Source of the DNA: Acidobacteriota bacterium | GTDB taxonomy: Bacteria; Acidobacteriota; Vicinamibacteria; Vicinamibacterales; 2-12-FULL-66-21 | Reading direction: 5' to 3' | Length of the DNA: 52,299 nucleotides | NCBI GenBank assembly: GCA_046726015.1 | Contig: JBKOZS010000228.1 | Location: forward strand, 1 to 52,299 | Shown: in pieces, positions 47,801 to 52,299 of the stretch | How the letters are laid out: each line of letters opens with the position of its first letter | Numbering within the stretch: the first letter of the stretch is position 1 | Translations under genes and position numbers: made by a program | The notes under the pieces: generated by a model | What the model saw: the letters and a program-made list of their open reading frames with translations, nothing else | What the model was told of the DNA's origin: nothing | Databases searched by the model: none

Positions 47801-50800
47801 CCCCGGCCGACATCGTGTATGGGACGACGCTCACCGCGGCGCAGCTCAATGCGACCTCGAACGTGCCTGGAACGTTCGCGTATACGCCGTCGCTGGGAAC
47901 GCATCTGTCCGCCGGACTTGCTCAGACGTTGTCGGTGACCTTCACACCGAACGACGCGTCGAGCTGGGACATTGCCACAGCCTTCGTCGCCATCAACGTG
48001 CTCAAGGCGACGCCAACGATTACCTGGCCGGAACCGGGTGCGATCTCGTTCGGCACGGTGCTGACGAACGTCCAGTTGAATGCGACCGCGAGCGTGAGGG
48101 GCACGTTTGCGTATTCGCCGGCCGGCGGCGCCGTGCTCGCGCCGGGCCTCAAGACACTGTCGGTGACCTTTACGCCAGACGACCCGGCGAACTACAGCAG
48201 CGCGACCGCGACGGTGCGGCTGACAGTGGTCAAGGGAACGCCGGACATCACCTGGCCCGACCCCGCCAATATCCCGTACGGGACGCTGCTCGGTCCGGCG
48301 CAGCTCAATGCGACGAGTACCGTTCCCGGAACGTTTACGTACGATCCGCCCGCAGGCACGAAATTGCCGGCTGGCCCTGGGCAGACGCTGTCGGTCACCT
48401 TCACCCCCGAGGATCCGGCGAGCTACAACACCGCGACCGCAACCGTCGCGATTGCGGTGACCAAGGGCGCACCGACCATTACGTGGCCGACGCCCGCGGC
48501 GATCTCGTATGGCACGGCGCTCAGCGCGACGCAGCTGAATGCCACGGCAAACGTGCCCGGCACCTTTACGTATTCGCCCGCTGCAGGGACGATCCTGAAC
48601 GTCGGAGCGCGGCAGCAGCTTTCGGTGACGTTCACGCCGACCGATACGGTCAACTACATCGCCGCCACGGCGACCGTGTCCATTGACGTGCTGAAGGCCA
48701 CACCCGTCATCACGTGGCCGACACCCGCGGCAATCTCGTATGGCACGGCGCTCAGCGCGACGCAGCTGAACGCCACCGCGAACACGCCAGGAACGTTCGT
48801 CTACACCCCTGCGGCTGGCACGGTTCTCAATGCGGGAGTTGGACAGACGCTGTCCGTGACATTTACGCCGAGCGATACGGTCAACTACGACACCGTGACA
48901 GCGACCGTGTCCATCGACGTGCTGAAGGCCACACCCGTGATCACGTGGCCGACGCCGGCGGCGATCTCATACGGCACGGCGCTCAGTGCGACGCAGTTGA
49001 ACGCCACCGCGAACACGTCAGGAACGTTCGTCTACAACCCCGCGGCGGGCGCGGTCCTCAATGCGGGAGTGGGGCAGACGCTGTCGGTGACGTTCACGCC
49101 GGCGGATGCGGCGAACTACACCACCGCAACCGCAACCGTGCTGATTACTGTCGACAAGGGGACGCCGGTCATCACCTGGCCAACGCCGGCAGGCATCACA
49201 TATGGAACGGCGCTGGGCGCGACGCAACTCAATGCGACAGCGAACGTCCCTGGCACGTTCGTCTACACGCCGCCGGCTGGAACGGTCCTCTCGGCCGGTA
49301 CCGGACAGTCGCTCTCGGTCAGCTTTACGCCGAACGACGCGGTCAACTACAACACCGCGGCGGCGATGGTGCACATCGACGTCATCAGGGCAACGCCGGC
49401 GATCACCTGGGCGCCGCCTGCAGCGATCACGTACGGCACGGCCCTGAGCGCCACGCAGCTGAACGCCACCGCGGTGATTCCTGGAACGTTCGTCTACACG
49501 CCAGCTCTGGACGCGTTACTCAATGCGGGTGCGGCACAGACGTTGTCGGTCACGTTCACGCCGCAGGATGCGGTCAACTACACCACCGGCACCGCGAGCG
49601 TTTCTATCGAGGTGCTGAGGGCCACGCCGACGATCACGTGGGCGACGCCAACCGACATCGTCTATGGCACGGCGCTGAGCACGACGCAGTTGAACGCGAC
49701 CTCGAGCGTCGCCGGGACGTTCGCATATGCACCGGCGGCTGGCACCGTGTTGAACGCCGGAGCGGCGCAGACGCTCTCCGTCACGTTCACGCCGACCGAT
49801 GCGGCGAACTACACCACGGCAACGAAGACGGTCAGCATCACCGTGCTGAAGGCCACGCCGACGATCACGTGGCCGACGCCGGCCGACATCGTCTATGGCA
49901 CGGCGCTGAGTGCGACGCAATTGAATGCAACCTCGAGCGTGCCGGGAACGTTCGAGTATTCGCCGACCGCGGGCACGCTGTTGAACGCCGGAGCCGCGCA
50001 GACGCTCTCCGTCACGTTCACGCCGACCGATGCGGCAAACTACACCACGGCAACGAAGACGGTCAGCATCACGGTGCTGAAGGCGACGCCAACGATCGTC
50101 TGGCCGACGCCGGCGGACATTTTTTATGGCACCGCGCTCGGCGCGACGCAGCTGAACGCCTCCGCCACCGGCGTTCAGGGGACGTTCGCCTACACGCCGG
50201 CGGCGGGTGTGCTGCTGAATGCGGGTGCGGGACAGACGCTTTCGGTCACGTTCACACCGACTGACGGTGCGAACTACACGACAGCGACGAAGACGGTCAG
50301 CATCACCGTGCTGAAGGCGACCCCGACGATTACCTGGCCAACCCCGGCGGACATCGTCTATGGCACGGCGCTCAGCACGACACAGCTCAACGCGACGGCA
50401 AGCGTGCCCGGCACGTTCGTGTATGCACAGGCCGCGGGCACGGTGCTGAACGCCGGTGCGGTGCAGACACTCTCCGTCAGCTTTACGCCGACAGACGCCG
50501 TGAACTACACCGGTGCTACGGCGAGCGTGGCGATCACCGTGCTGAAGGCCACGCCGACGATCGTCTGGCCGACACCCGCGGACATCGTCTATGGCACCGC
50601 GCTCAGCGCCACGCAGCTGAATGCCTCCGTCGCAGGCGTCACGGGGACGTTCGTCTACACGCCGGCGGCCGGTGTGGTGCTGAATGCGAGTGCTGCGCAG
50701 ACCTTGTCGGTCACGTTTACACCGAACGAGACGGCGAACTACACGACAGCGACGAAGACGGTCACCATTAATGTGCTGAAGGCGACGCCAACGATCACCT

Positions 50801-52299
50801 GGCCGACGCCCGCGGACATCGTCTATGGCACCGCCCTGAGCGCAACGCAGCTCAACGCGACGACGAGCATACCCGGCACGTTCGTGTATTCACCGGCCGC
50901 CGGCGCGGTGCTGAACGCCGGTGCGGCACAGACACTCTCCGTTACGTTTACGCCGACGGACGCCGTGAACTACACCGGCGCCACCGCCAGCGTGGCGATC
51001 ACCGTGCTGAAGGCGACGCCAACGATCACCTGGCCGACGCCCGCGGACATCATCTATGGCACCGTGCTCGGTGCGACGCAGCTCAACGCGACCGCCAGTG
51101 TGCCGGGCACGTTCGTGTATGCGCCGGCGGCTGGCGTGGTGCTGAACGCTGGTGCGGCGCAGGCGCTGTCTGTCTCGTTCACGCCGACGGACGCGGCGAA
51201 TTACAACTCCGCGACCGCCACCGTCTTGATCAACGTGCTCAAGGGCACGCCGACGATCACGTGGCCGACGCCCGCCGACATCGTTTATGGCACCGCACTC
51301 GGTGCGACGCAGCTCAACGCGACGGCCAGTGTGACGGGCACGTTCGTGTATACGCCCGCTGCCGGCATCGTGCTCGACGCCGGGACGCACCAGCTTTCGC
51401 TGGCGTTCACGCCGACCGATGCGGCGAACTACAACGCGGCAACCGCGAGCGTCTCGATTAAGGTCCTGAAGGCGACCCCGACGATCGCCTGGGCGACACT
51501 GGCGGACATCATTTACGGCACTGCGCTGAGCGCGGCGCACCTGAATGCCACCGCCAACGTGCCGGGCAGCTTCGTCTACACGCCCGCCGCCGGGACCGTG
51601 CTCGATGCCGGGACGCACCAGCTGTCACTCGCGTTCACGGCGACGGATGCCACCAATTACACCGCCGCGACTGCGACCGTCAGCCTCAACGTGCTCAAGG
51701 CGACGCCGACGATCACGTGGGCGACGCCGGCGGACATCACGTATGGCACGGCGCTGAGCCCGACGCAGTTGAATGCGACGTCGACTGCGCCGGGCAGCTT
51801 CGTCTACACCCCGGCGGCCGGCACCGTGCTTGATGCCGGGACGCACAGCCTGTCGCTGACCTTTACGCCGACGGATGCGGTCAATTACACCGGCGCGACG
51901 GCCACGGTCTCGATCACCGTGCTCAAGGCGACGCCGACGATCACGTGGGCGACGCCGGCCGACATCACGTATGGCACAGCGCTGAGCCCGACGCAGTTGA
52001 ATGCGACGTCGACTGTGCCGGGCAGCTTCGTCTATACGCCGGCCGCCGGCACCGTGCTTGATGCCGGGACGCACAGCCTGTCGCTGACCTTCACGGCGAC
52101 GGATGCGACGAATTACACGGGCGCGACGGCCACGGTCTCGATCAACGTGCTCAAGGCGACGCCGACGATCACGTGGGCAACGCCGGCGGACACGTCGTAT
52201 GGCACGGCGCTGACCCCGACGCATTTGAATGCGACGTCGACTGTTCCGGGCAGCTTCGTCTACACGCCGGCTGCCGGAATCGTGCTTGATGCCGGGACG
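41848..52299 (+). CDS. giant secreted multidomain repeat protein (>3,484 aa, open at the window end)
   Basis: Absent from the ORF track because there is no stop. No plus-strand ORF is listed in this frame anywhere after 41793, where an in-frame TAG lies, and my translation is continuous to 52299. The start is uncertain: GTG at 41848 (GGAAGGGA upstream) or GTG at 41812. Order of elements:
- signal peptide ([23 protein letters not shown]);
- ~690-aa N-terminal domain;
- a P10 linker at 43939..43968;
- ~90-aa module ([26 protein letters not shown]...);
- a second Pro-rich linker;
- ~200-aa module;
- 3 Ig-like units;
- ~450-aa unassigned domain;
- two Big_7-like Ig domains ([11 protein letters not shown]...[10 protein letters not shown]...[15 protein letters not shown] and [11 protein letters not shown]...[10 protein letters not shown]...[14 protein letters not shown]);
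- ~20.5 tandem units. Confidence 0.85.
   Translation, partial: [3484 protein letters not shown]
44902..45585 (+). repeat. first block of 3 Ig-like units (in-frame coding repeat)
   Basis: P(P/T)[38 protein letters not shown]..., then [39 protein letters not shown]..., then [39 protein letters not shown]... The consensus is the same as in the main array. Confidence 0.8.
47548..52299 (+). repeat. tandem array of ~20.5 coding units of 228-234 bp (76-78 aa), continuing past the window
   Basis: Unit consensus: [77 protein letters not shown]. Measured unit starts (gtgct.aag) at 49843, 50074, 50308, 51691, 51919 and 52147 give periods of 231, 234, 228 and 228. It has an Ig-like/MBG-like feel (conserved YG, NAT, GTF.Y, LSVTF.P.D..NY). 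No family is assigned. Confidence 0.85.

Noticed and set aside
47548-52299. Possible CRISPR array or non-coding satellite, because of the regular ~231-bp periodicity
   Set aside because: The period is far too long for CRISPR and there is no repeat/spacer alternation. The whole tract is one open reading frame with conserved amino-acid positions. The 7-nt arrays at 15932, 19035, 19690 and 34518 are likewise far too short-period to be CRISPR.
47548-52299. Conserved N-x-T sequons (QLNAT, ANYT) in every repeat as bacterial N-glycosylation sites
   Set aside because: The PglB-type extended sequon needs Asp/Glu at -2. Here -2 is Gln or Ala, and the nearby Asp is at -3. No oligosaccharyltransferase gene is present. 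These are more likely structural residues of the fold.

Overview
GC-rich bacterial chromosomal window (third codon positions are mostly G/C). It is probably Acidobacteriota, because it carries an ADOP-type duplicated FtsX permease and many large secreted proteins. I support about 45 protein genes and found no rRNA, tRNA or CRISPR.

Two of the largest genes are missing from the ORF track because they run off the window edges:
- a GH63 glycoside hydrolase on the minus strand (1..2396);
- a giant secreted repeat protein of more than 3,484 aa on the plus strand (41848..52299). It has no stop in the window and ends in about 20.5 tandem Ig-like units of 76-78 aa.

Most long R/A/G-rich ORFs in the track are antisense or out-of-frame shadows of real genes.

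Housekeeping and transport content:
- pcm;
- a seven-gene minus-strand operon joined by overlapping stop/start codons: RidA, methyltransferase, ornithine cyclodeaminase, truA, NRAMP, and two PRC-barrel genes;
- an M16 peptidase, an SSF symporter, an ADOP permease, an SPFH protein and a PQQ sugar dehydrogenase;
- a copper module (Cys/His-rich small protein, His-rich outer-membrane-like protein, CopA-type P1B ATPase);
- a MerR regulator facing an operon of unknown periplasmic proteins.

Observations most worth a second look:
1. A four-helix-bundle (23S-IVS/Avd family) gene sits in the loop of two ~159-nt inverted arms built from GATTGNN heptamers. This is an IVS-like hairpin cassette between protein genes.
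2. Other short-period intergenic arrays occur: CCTCGCR heptamers at two loci, and an AACGGAG/CTCCGTT hairpin.
3. An aquaporin is fused to a cyclic-nucleotide-binding domain, and an MBL-fold hydrolase starts 4 nt downstream.
4. The copA 3' end is duplicated around a 142-nt block of four hairpins.
5. A sortase homolog has both catalytic residues substituted.
6. A degenerate GspE-like ATPase lies directly upstream of cutC and an NRAMP gene.

All family calls come from motif recognition by eye. No database search was run.
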